From assembly GCA_020184695.1 (NCBI GenBank), contig JAANOX010000223.1, positions 1 through 47,079 on the forward strand: 47,079 bases of DNA, in the 5' to 3' direction. Shown here piece after piece: positions 24,253 to 34,927 of the stretch. The position numbers and the translations under genes are program-made. The notes under the pieces were generated by a model, which was given only the letters and a program-made list of their open reading frames with translations, did not search any database and was not told the origin of the DNA. Source of the stretch: Histomonas meleagridis 2922-C6/04-290x (lineage: Eukaryota; Protista; Parabasalia). Each line of letters starts with the position of its first letter. The first letter of the stretch is position 1.

Positions 24253-24300
24253 GAAGAACATCTGGGTCCCTTTGGTCCATACTTTATGATATTTATATCT
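24208..24300. repeat. Perfect 45-bp inverted repeat with 3-nt GAA loop (93-bp hairpin)
   Basis: 24208-24252 AGATATAAATATCATAAAGTATGGACCAAAGGGACCCAGATGTTC, loop GAA, exact reverse complement at 24256-24300. Confidence 0.97.
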
Positions 24301-24497
24301 TAACCAAAATTAAATTAATAAAACATATTTATTTCTTTTGTCCAACTAGCGCATTTGCTACACCATCTATAACAGGTAAGAATTTATCTGCTATTTTAAT
24401 TCCTTTTGCAATAGCACCTGCATGACCAGGTTAATTTTCAATTCCAGGTATTTTTCCAACAGTATTTACAACAGGTTTGGCTAATTTATTCCAAACA

Positions 24498-26212
24498 TTA
24501 CCGATAAAACGAAGAAAATAGCAAATTATATTTCACTGTATCGCCGGGAATTAATTCCCAAAACATAACGCGGAACCAATCGTATATAATTGTTGGGTTT
24601 CTTTTTATTGTTATTATTTCGACTTGCTTCAAAAATCGAATTTGTGAATACTCTGCTAAAATCGGCGAAATCGCATTATGTAGTTCAAGTGATTTCTCTT
24701 TTGCTTCTGTCGTTTGCGTCAATGGCATTTCAGCAGCATTTATTATCTTAAGAGGTTTCTTTACGATTTCGCGCCATGTTTCGACATTAGAATTCGAGAT
24801 TTCTTCAAGGAGAATAAGTTCTTCGAATCCTTTAAGTAATAAGTTATGATTAGAAAATGTTTGGATTCGCGTAAGATTGAAAATTGATATTAAAAGCTTT
24901 TCGATCGATGAATTAAATTCAGTTCGTTCAGAGATTTTCGACGAGAAATAAAAACGTAAAAAAAGTCATAAAGTCGAACAGCAGAAAACTTGCTAATGTT
25001 TACAGTAGTGGAACTAATATTAGCTATGACAGTATTAATTAATGGTAATACTGGTGATGACATTTCTAAATCAATGTCAACAACATTCGTTTATATCTCG
25101 ATAATTAAATCTCCAACAGTGTTAGATAAAATTCGCGTTTTAGTGGGGAAAATGATTTTAGTTTTCTCATTAAGAAATAATAATGTCGACATTTTAGTCG
25201 TAAGAATACTTAACGAGGATAATATAATGGTATGTAAAAGTGAAATGGTTCCTTTTTCGAGTTGATTTTGAAAATAAAATAATAATGAGATGATAAATTG
25301 AATATTGGAATTTTGACTTTCGAAATAATCGGAAATTGTTGGGAAATTGGAGATAATAATATTAAATAATGTAAAGATTTGTTGGTCACATGTGATAACG
25401 GATGAATTGTGAGTTGAAATACTCAGAAAAAGTGAGTGCAAAAGTGACGGCTCAAGTGACTCAACTGCAGAATGCCAATTGGGACATGAAAATATGATTG
25501 GTGTGACCAAAGTAAGATGGGACTTAACAATGGATATTTGTTGTGTCGTTAACTTTTTGTTGTTGAAAATATGTGGGATAAAATTAAATAAAACAAATAA
25601 ATATTCTTTCCCATTAAGCTGATCAAAAGCTAACATGAAAGGAGAAGGATCTTCAGTTGTTTCTTTTTGATTAAAGGATGCTGAATGACATGCATAAAGA
25701 AGTGTATTCATAAATTGTATATTATCTAATGGATTCTTTGAAATTAAATCAATCGAATCTAAGTGGAAATTTAATAAAGCTTTTAATAAAAAAGATTTTT
25801 CAAAAGTGTAAAAATTGGTTGATTTGATTTGAATTTTTTTGTAGATTTTTTAAACCATGGGCTGGAATCACTGTACCCTCCTGAAGATGCTAGCAAAGTT
25901 TGTAAAAATTTGCAAAATGGTGTAAATAATGAATATATTTCAGGGTTTGTATCTGATAATTGAATTGCTTTCGAAAAAGAATCGCCAAGAGTTGATATTA
26001 AATTTGAGAAATTGTTAGGATATCGAGTTCTAATTAATTTTAAATTTTTTTAATATCATTTTCTTCATCTTTTATTTGCAATAAAGTTTTTCTACTGATA
26101 CCTTTTGCCATATTGGGTGCATTTGAACACATTCATCCTTGCTAAGAACATTTAATATTTCTTGAAGATTTTTAATCGCTGAGTTTGTAATGATCACAAT
26201 CAATTTGCCCAT
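24498..26212 (-). pseudogene. HID1/dymeclin-like protein, frameshifted
   Basis: Starts MGKL (26212). Contains SNTVGDLIIEI (cf. HID1 GTHADLLI) and C-terminal IITIKRNPTIIYDWFRVMFWELI (cf. HID1 ...WFxxYxWGxI), from recalled similarity. Several frame breaks. Confidence 0.45.
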
Positions 26213-26298
26213 TTTTGGTCGATGAACGATAGATGTCAAATGACTTTGCTCAATTTTTTCTATGAGTATTTAGAAATATAGAAATAACGTACAAAAAA

Positions 26299-26748
26299 AT
26301 GAATAAAACAAAGTTACCAGCAAATCAAACATTTTCGAATCTTAACAGAACAAAAAAAGGAAAGTTAGATTATATCTATGTTAATCCAAATGTTACTCAA
26401 AAAGGGCAACATGATTTAGCACAAAAATTACAGAAAGAAATTGAGCTTGAAGTGGAACTTGATAAATCATTTCGAAATAGACAAGCGCCTGTATATTCTA
26501 AGGATAAAAACAACGACAGCATAAAAGAATTTAATCAATTTTGTATTGATTTTATTGATTCTTCAAAGGAAACTAAAGATAAAGTTACCAACGTTTTAGA
26601 TAGTATGGACACGCGAATGTCAGAAATGGAGTCCATTCAAAAACATTTCGAGGAAATTGAAAAACAATATTATCGATTTGAAATGGGTCTCCCAGAGCCA
26701 AAATGCGATACTTCACAAAAAATTGATGAAGGCAGCGACAGAAAATAA
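26299..26748 (+). CDS. Hypothetical 149-aa coiled-coil protein
   Basis: Clean ATG-to-stop ORF with protein-like composition, head-to-head (86 bp) with the HID1-like gene. Confidence 0.6.
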   Translation: MNKTKLPANQTFSNLNRTKKGKLDYIYVNPNVTQKGQHDLAQKLQKEIELEVELDKSFRNRQAPVYSKDKNNDSIKEFNQFCIDFIDSSKETKDKVTNVLDSMDTRMSEMESIQKHFEEIEKQYYRFEMGLPEPKCDTSQKIDEGSDRK

Positions 26749-27422
26749 TATTGATGCATTCAATTGATTTAATTTTTTGAATCTATATAAAATAATGGCT
26801 GTATGTTATCAAAGAGTATTTAAACTTCGTTGAAACCCAAAACTGAATAAATTTTAGAATATAGATTCTAACTCTAGATTTAGCCTGTTTGCTCTTCCAC
26901 TCTTGGGGTATTGAAATGAAATCGGTTTTTTTCATGGTATTGACTTTTTGTTATTTTAAGAGGTTCACCATGATGAAGAAATATTCCCTTGTTTTGGCTT
27001 TGCTTGCAGTGCAAATAATCTTTTCTTTTGATATCTCCAATCAAGCAGTGATTAAAAATTTTGGTTATTGATTACATCTAATGATGGTGTTAAATCAGAA
27101 TTTTCTTTCTTATTTTTACAATTTGAGCCACACACAAAAGGTATAATAGCTAATGCAAAAGAAAATGATTCATATTCTGATAAAACACAATTACCTTCAA
27201 CAAAAATTTAAACTCAATCTTTGCGACCACTTCGATAAGTTTTAATTTAAATCATCACATTTATCTTATTTACAGGTGCTTTAAAAATGAAATATTTTTA
27301 AGAATTTTTTCCGCAGTTTCCAAATTTCCAATTATAATTTCATTTTATTTTTCTTGTGTTTATGTTTAGCATATACTTAAATAAGTCTAAAATATCATTT
27401 TCAATTCAAGATCTTTTATTAA

Positions 27423-28160
27423 ATGAAAGGTTAAAAGTTCCATTTGTTTTTGCATTATTTTTTATGAATGCTTTTCAAAAATTTATTGATGAAAATTCTA
27501 CATTGATCATCAATGATTCCAATGATTTTGAAGATTCAAATAAAAATAATGCTTTTTATGTTATTTTATTAATGGTGTTGATGAAATTCCAAATGAAGCA
27601 TTCAGTAATTGTAAAACTATAACTCAAGTTAACATAAGAAATGAAGTTACAAAAATTGGAAATAAAGCATTTTACTTTTGTTCTGATTTGTCAGTTGTTA
27701 ACTTTGGTGTAAATATAAAAACAATCGGAGAAAGTGCATTCTCAAGTACAAATCTCAATAACATTACAATTCCAAATTCAGTTGATACAATTGGATACAG
27801 AGTGCTTTATGATTGTAACCAATTATTATCAGTTACAATTGGGGCAAATGTACAAATGATTGGAAATGAAGCCTTTTGTCAATGTGAAAAACTTCAAGTT
27901 TTGAATGTTGCAAAAGATAATCCAAGTTTTTCCAACTATGAAAATGATGAAGTTCTATATGATAAAAGCATAACAACTTTCATATTTTATCCAACAGGAA
28001 AAGCAGATGATAGTTTTGAAATCCCAAATACAGTTACAGCAATTGAAAAATTTGCATTTTATTATTGTGAAAAATTAAATAATATTATAATTCCTAATTC
28101 AGTTTTAGCTATTGGACATAGTGCATTTTATCATTAGAAAATTTCAACTATTACAATGGG
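27423..28160 (+). pseudogene. BspA-like pseudogene (signal + LRR, truncated)
   Basis: VPFVFALFFMNAFQKF, IPNEAFSNC, TIGESAFSST, MIGNEAFCQC, EVLYDKS..FYPTGK. Frameshift at ~27570, TAG at 28135-28137, then fused to an inverted BspA-derived piece. Confidence 0.8.
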
Positions 28161-28476
28161 TCATGTTGAAACATATAAGATCCGATTGTTTTCATACATT
28201 CATTGGATTGAGTTGATTGGTTTTTATAGTGTGACATTGAATACATAAGAAAATTATATCATTGAAAGTTAGTTAATACTTTGAATTCAAATGACTTCAG
28301 TGTAAATATCAATAAGTTCATTCAAGGTATTGCAGAAAAATAAGTCATTTAATAAAAAATTAAAATATTTAAAAAAAATGTAAATATTAAGGATTATTTT
28401 GATGTTTTATTCAATAAAATTTTGATCATGGGTGAACAACAAAATTATCTTAATTAAATTCTTTTGAGAGAATTAA

Positions 28477-30107
28477 TTAATTGTCATCATTTGATGATTC
28501 ATTAATTTGATTTCTTTTGTTTCGAATATAAATGATTAATACGATAATTAATGCAGCAAAAACAACGACTCCTACTGCAACTCCAACACCAATATAAATG
28601 TTTGTTTTATTATCATTTTTATTTTCACTATTTTTAGCAATATTAAAATCTGAATAAGACATGAAATAATCAGAATAAAGACTAACTGTATAATCATAAT
28701 ATATAACTGATGTTGAAATATATGTTGATATTGAATTGGTATTGGTGAGAATCATTGAATTGAAAAATGAACTATAAATACTTAATGTTTGTGTCATTGA
28801 TAAAATATATGTCACTGAATATGAATGTGTTAAAGTTACATCAGAAGAATATGTTTCTGTAAATGTGGAATATGATGAAAATGTATTTGGTTTAGTAGGT
28901 GTATTCGAATGTGAACCTGAAAATGAATATGAATATGATGCTGAACTTGAACTTGAATTGGTAAAAGAATTTGTATATGTAAATGAATTTGTTTCATTTG
29001 GTGTAAATGTTGGTGTTGGAATTAGAGTACATCCTTCAATTGTTTTATTCGTAACATCTAAATTTCCAAATTTTTTGTCTCTATATGTTTCACTTACCAT
29101 AACAGATTTTGCTGGAACATTTCTAAAAGAAGCGGCTCCAATTGTTGGAGAAGTTTCACCAAAAAAGTAAATACATTTCAGTACTGTACAATAATCAAAT
29201 GCATAATTTCCAATATCTTTTACATTTTTACCGATGACTATTGTTTCCAATTTTTTGGAGTAAGAAAAAGCTTGTGATTCAATTTTTATAACAGAGTCAG
29301 GAATTACTAATCTTGGAAATACGCATTCAGAGAATGCAAAATTTTTTATAGTATTCACATTTGTTCCGAATGTAATTGATAATAAATTAATGCAATTTAT
29401 AAATGCAGATTTTTCAATAGAAATTACTGAATCAGGAAGTTTATATTCTTTTGATGGTTTTCCAGTTGGGTAACTTATAATCTTTGTCAAATTCCTATCA
29501 TATAAAACTCCATCATCTTGTAAATAATGTTGATTGTTTTCTGAAATGTTTATCATTTGAAGTTTACTGCAGTAAGCAAATGGATTGATTGTTATTGAAG
29601 TAACTGTACTTGGAATTGTAACATATTGAAGATTATAACATTTGCAAAACATTAAGTAACCTAATGACTGAACACCTTCTTCAAAAATTACAGTTTCAAG
29701 ACCAGTGCACATATAGAATACTTCTGATCCAACTGTTGTAAGAGGACCTTTAAAAGTAACACGATTTAATGCTTTACAATATTGGAATGCAGATTCTCCT
29801 AGATCTGTAATACCTTCTCCAACTGAAATTTTTTCTAAAACATAATAAAAATCAAATGCTTTTTTTCTCCAATTGTTTTGACTGAGTTACTAATTTCAAC
29901 AGTAATCAATAAAGGCCAATTATAAAAAGCTTTATTAGGAATATTTGTTATTCCACTTGAAATGATAACATGCTTTGCTTTGTTTTTGTATTCGTTTGTA
30001 AAATCTTTTGGATTTGTAATTGTTAGTGTTGCTGTAGCGTCATCAAATTTTTGTACTGAATGAGAAATAAAGATGATAAACATCATGAATGTGAATTTCA
30101 TATTCAT
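28477..30107 (-). CDS. BspA-like LRR surface protein, membrane-anchored allele (~542 aa)
   Basis: Signal MNMKFTFMMF, TpLRRs, Ser/Thr stalk, TM IGVGVAVGVVVFAALIIVLIIYI. One +2 poly-T expansion at ~29860 splits the ORF; removing it gives 1629 nt in frame. Confidence 0.85.
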
Positions 30108-30413
30108 TGAGATCATATTGTTCAAAGAAGCAATAATAATTGTTACCTAAAAAATATTTCGAAAGAAAGATGCCTTTATGTGTTATTTTCAATAGTTTGA
30201 TTTTTTATGTAAGTCCTTGATTATTTCAAGAAGTTAAAGCAACACAAAATTCGTGTGAAATCAATACTTTACAAAATGATGGTCATGATTTCAAATGATT
30301 CAAGTCTAGACTTAAGTTTAATTAAGGATAGACAGCATGCTGTTTTCACATACTAATAACTTATATCAAATCAAAATAAAAATTTAATATATAGAAACAT
30401 TTTATTCATACAT

Positions 30414-33400
30414 TTATTCTTTTTGATTTTCTTGTTTCTTTGCTTCTTTCCACTTTTCAAGATTTGAATTCAATTGTTGAACATTGCATTCAAGTTTCGG
30501 CACAGCTTTAGCTACTGCTTGAAACAAAGGCAAACAAACGAACGTATAAAATCCAATTTGACTTTTTGGCTTATCAAGGTGCGCTCTATCATTTAGGTCA
30601 GACGTATATTCCATTCCGCGTGCTTTCTCCAAGTCTCCTTGACGAAAAAATTCTTCGCAAAGAACTTCGCTCCATTTATCAGCCAATTGGAACGGTCGCG
30701 CAACATTTGATACGTCGCTACACTTTAAAATTAATTGTAAAAACAGATTTCTACAATGTGAATCATTCATAGTAAATTTACCTTCCGAGAAAAATGTTAT
30801 CGAATTCTTTTAATATATCGAAATGCTTTGCCATATCAGTTGCTAATATTAATGAGATGATTAATGACCACATGTTTTTTTTTTTTTTTGGTGATAATGA
30901 ATGAAAAAGATTACATTCATCTTTAGAGATAACATTAATCGCTACTGAACAATGATGAGTTTCTAAAACACTTTGGTTCTTAAATAAAATCCCAAGTGGC
31001 GTTTCGGCTTTAATATTAAATGCATTATTAAACCCATCATGATCAGCGTCATGACATATAGCAGAAACTATTAATCCGAGAATTTCAAATTTAGTAAGAA
31101 CTGTATCGAGACCACCTGTAAGTATTTGGAATGTAGTAAATTGTGTGACATCAACTGCATGACGCCAATTATGATAAGGAACTTTACGATATGTATTTCT
31201 AATTTCAAATATAAAACGAAATAATTTTTCATTTGTAATATTAAAGTGATTCATTAAATCGAAAATATCGAAAATCGAAAAACAATACTTTAACATGTCC
31301 AATTCCATCCCATTCAGGCGCATCGAATTGTACCAATAAAACTTGAGTAAGTTTATCCATTGATATCATAAGTTTACTTGGAATTTTATTGGTTAAAGTT
31401 CGTTCTCGTTCTGTTATCCAATTTTTTAATTCGACTTCAATTTCGCCAAACTTTGCTCTTTCTTTAAGTTGTGATCTTTCAATAGAAACACTTGCGAATA
31501 CTGAAAAGCAATCAAGTAATTTAATATCTTCGCCCATAACTTTCCAATTACAAGAAAAACTCAATAACGCCAAGAATTGTAGATTCGGAACTAAATAAAG
31601 GAATACAACAAATAACTTCTGTATTTTTTTTTTTTTTTCTTTTATTTGTAACTTGTGAATCAAATACATTTGTAGAGTTATGTGATGACGTATTATTATT
31701 ATTATTATTATTAGAATTCATTGTTCGTGAATGTTGTGTACTAATTTTAGAACTTTCGGGATAAATACGAGAAAATTCATCATCTTCATATTGTAAATAT
31801 TCTTCTTCTTCTTCTTCTTCAATATAATATCCATCTTCATCACCAAAGACCATTATATCTGCATCTAATCCTGCAGCTAATATTTTTTCAATTGCCTTAT
31901 TTAATTGTTGTGTTTGTGCTCTCCCTAAAACTTCATGATGATCAAATAACATGAATTTTTCTATTTTTGTACTGTTTCTTCAGCAAAAAAACAGTACCAT
32001 AAGTTGAAGGTGTACCTATAGTATGATATTCATATAAATTATTTTTCGTTTTCATTATTTTAAAAACACAGTAACTCTTGAAGCATTAACTATACTTTGG
32101 ATATTCATCATAATCCCATCGAGTGTATTTTTCGAGTGAAATTGTACTATTTATAGCTACTGACATTTGGATAAATGTACGTAATTGTTTTTGTTAAATC
32201 TAATGATGCTTTATATAATCGTGCATTATCAAGTGAAATACCACAAAAATACATTAAACGCCATAAGCATTTTCTCATCATCTTCATCAAAATGTCCGTC
32301 ATTCTTCTTATTAATCATTTCGGTAACACCTGTAATTTCACCTCTGTTATTATAAATCGGTATACATAATAATGTACGTGTCATAAAGCCTGTTGCTATA
32401 TCGACTGATCGATCGAATCGTTGATCTGCATAAGCATCACGAATATTAACTGTTTCACCTGATTGTGCACATATACCAACAATACCTCTTCCTATTTTAA
32501 CATGAATCGCATTTTCTAATCCGCCATGAAAACGTGTAACTAATTCATTATGTGTTGCATCGACTAAAAATAATGAACAACGTTCTGCATCTAATAATTT
32601 ACATGCTCGATCCATAATAGTAGGTAAAAGTACATCAATATCAAGTACACCACTTAAAATTTCGGCAACTTCAAGTAATGCTTTAAGTCTTTTCTCAAAA
32701 TTATCAAGTTGCATTTCAAGTTGTGGTGGTGATACTACAAATGTAATCGTTCGAACTATGAATGGTATAAAAACTGAAAATATTATTTCACTCATGTATG
32801 AAAATCGTTTTTTTCTTCGCAATACAAAAACACCATAATTGTTCACTTTCATCTTTATATGGTATTGCTAAGATTGATTCATCTTCTTCACCATCAACTT
32901 CTTTGTTATATGATGGAACATTAGAAATATGTTCTTCATTTATAATTTTTTGCGTTTTAAATGAATATGATATAAACCCAAATTTTATCTGTTGATAATA
33001 TTTCGCCTGAATTTGTTGTCGAATCTTTAGTGATTTGAAAGATTTGATTAGTTTTCGGTCTATAACAATAAAATTCGGCTGAACGTGAATGAAAATATTC
33101 AATAAGTTTATTACAAAAAAAATTGGAACTTTGATGCTAAAAATTTATCTAAGTTTTGGAAATCTTCTTCAACAAAGTCTTCTTCTGGTTTACCAATTTG
33201 AAAAATAAATTGGTTTTCTTTGGAATCATATGAAACGGGTATGTAAAGTATTGAATAATTCTTTGGAATAAAAAATGTATCGGCTTCTGTGTGATTAAAT
33301 GCTTCTTCGCTTTCTATATTCTTTATAAAAAGAAATTCTTTAAGCTCGGATACTCGCCATAATATAGAGTCATCTTTTGGAATTTTTTTCTTGTGCGTTG

Positions 33401-33778
33401 CTGAAAATATTTCTGTTGATGAAATTTCCCAAAAAATTACATATTTCGTTTTAAATATTTCTTCTAATAATTTTTCAAAACATTCACTAAGAGGCATTAT
33501 TTGAAGATTTTCTACCATTTTATCAAAAACAGTGTCAAAAGAAATGTCTTGATAACAATTTATAACTGTATTTGTTTGTTTTGGAGATATATTTTGTTTT
33601 TTTGTTTATTTTTTGAATTGCTTGGCCTTGATATGGCTGAATTTGGTGATGAAATTTTTGGAGGTTTTCGATTTACAAGTGAATATTTTTGTGAATATGC
33701 TGTTGGCTTAGATCTTCTATTTGCTTTCTTCATTCTATTAGGTTGTGAAAAGACAAGTGATACAACATTTTTCCTCAT
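30414..33778 (-). pseudogene. GAF-PDE, R copy with 77-bp deletion
   Basis: Lacks the segment equivalent to L 11733-11809 (junction at ~33136), which shifts the frame. Additional homopolymer indels and poly-T garbling at 30875 and 31625. Confidence 0.75.
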
Positions 33779-33881
33779 AGAAAATCACGTTTGATTGCAC
33801 AACAATTGCCAGAAGAATAAAATAACGAACGAAATGTAAACAATTCAATTACCAATTAAAAGCGACAAGAAATTTTTGTAA

Positions 33882-34676
33882 ATGAGTGAAAGCAAAAGTA
33901 AATATGTTCATCCTTCTTGGAGCCCAATACAAAACTATAAGAAAAGTGTTAGAGGCACAGCACCTCAACATTTGCTTGACCCAAAAACTAGACACAAAAT
34001 TTATAATTCAGTGTATTGGCTTCAATATTGTTTTGGTGTTAATTTAGTCGTTTTTGTTGATAGAGCACAAATGATTAAAGGCGTTGGTGGTCTTTATGGA
34101 CATCTTAAACTTCCATGTGAATTTTTGTGCTTATTTCTCAAACTTCTTGAACTTGAACCATCTAGAGACATCATTTTATATTTCTTAAACACACGTTGTT
34201 GGCAAATGAAACATCTTCGTTTGCTTGCAGCTCTTTATGTTCGATTCACATTTCCACCAGAAGAAGTTTACATCGTTCTTGAACCACTTCTTATGCAATA
34301 CAATCAAGTAGCAATCCTTCGTGATGATGAATTTCAAATTACACATTTTGATGAGATTATTCATTCGTTTATTCATGATGAATTTTGGTGTGGTGTCTCA
34401 CTTCCTCCTCTTACGCCAAGGGTTGGATTGCCTCCACGCCATTCACCATTAAATCATCTTAATGAAGCCCTTCGTGAAGAAGTTTTTGCAGAAATGGGAA
34501 TGGCCCCTGATGGCCAACTATTTGAAGAAATAGAAGAAAAAAAGAAACTCAAACTGAAAGGCAAGCTCAAGTTCAAGTCAAAGAAAAAACACAAAAAAGA
34601 GAAACCTGTTATTGTTGATGAAATCGCAGAAGAAAATCGTATCCGCGCGCTTTTGGGCTTAAAACCATTGAAATGA
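33882..34676 (+). CDS. PRP38: Pre-mRNA splicing factor PRP38 (264 aa), intact
   Basis: GTAPQHLL...IYNSVYW..YCFG, GGLYG...PCEFLCLFLKLLELEP, LRLLAALYVR, LEPLL, HFDEII match the PRP38 domain. C-terminal EIAEENRIRALLGLKPLK. Confidence 0.9.
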   Translation: MSESKSKYVHPSWSPIQNYKKSVRGTAPQHLLDPKTRHKIYNSVYWLQYCFGVNLVVFVDRAQMIKGVGGLYGHLKLPCEFLCLFLKLLELEPSRDIILYFLNTRCWQMKHLRLLAALYVRFTFPPEEVYIVLEPLLMQYNQVAILRDDEFQITHFDEIIHSFIHDEFWCGVSLPPLTPRVGLPPRHSPLNHLNEALREEVFAEMGMAPDGQLFEEIEEKKKLKLKGKLKFKSKKKHKKEKPVIVDEIAEENRIRALLGLKPLK

Positions 34677-34927
34677 TTCGTAAACGGCCACTTGTAAATA
34701 AACGTGTACACCTTCAACGTTTCAATATATTATTAAATTCGAAAACGCTTTTGATAACTCCTTATATTACAATTAAATTTAGAAAAAATGATTTTGAACA
34801 TATAATAATAAAAAAATAATGAAGATATTTTAATTATCTAAGATTTTAATTAACTTTATTTCACATTAAATAATCAAATTTACTTATTAATCAGTAATGC
34901 CCATTCAAATAAAAATACTTAAAATAC

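Noticed and set aside
33936-34024. 89-bp (and 77-/67-bp) arm differences as introns lost by retro-processing
   Set aside because: No GT-AG ends, lengths break the frame, and the segments encode conserved residues.
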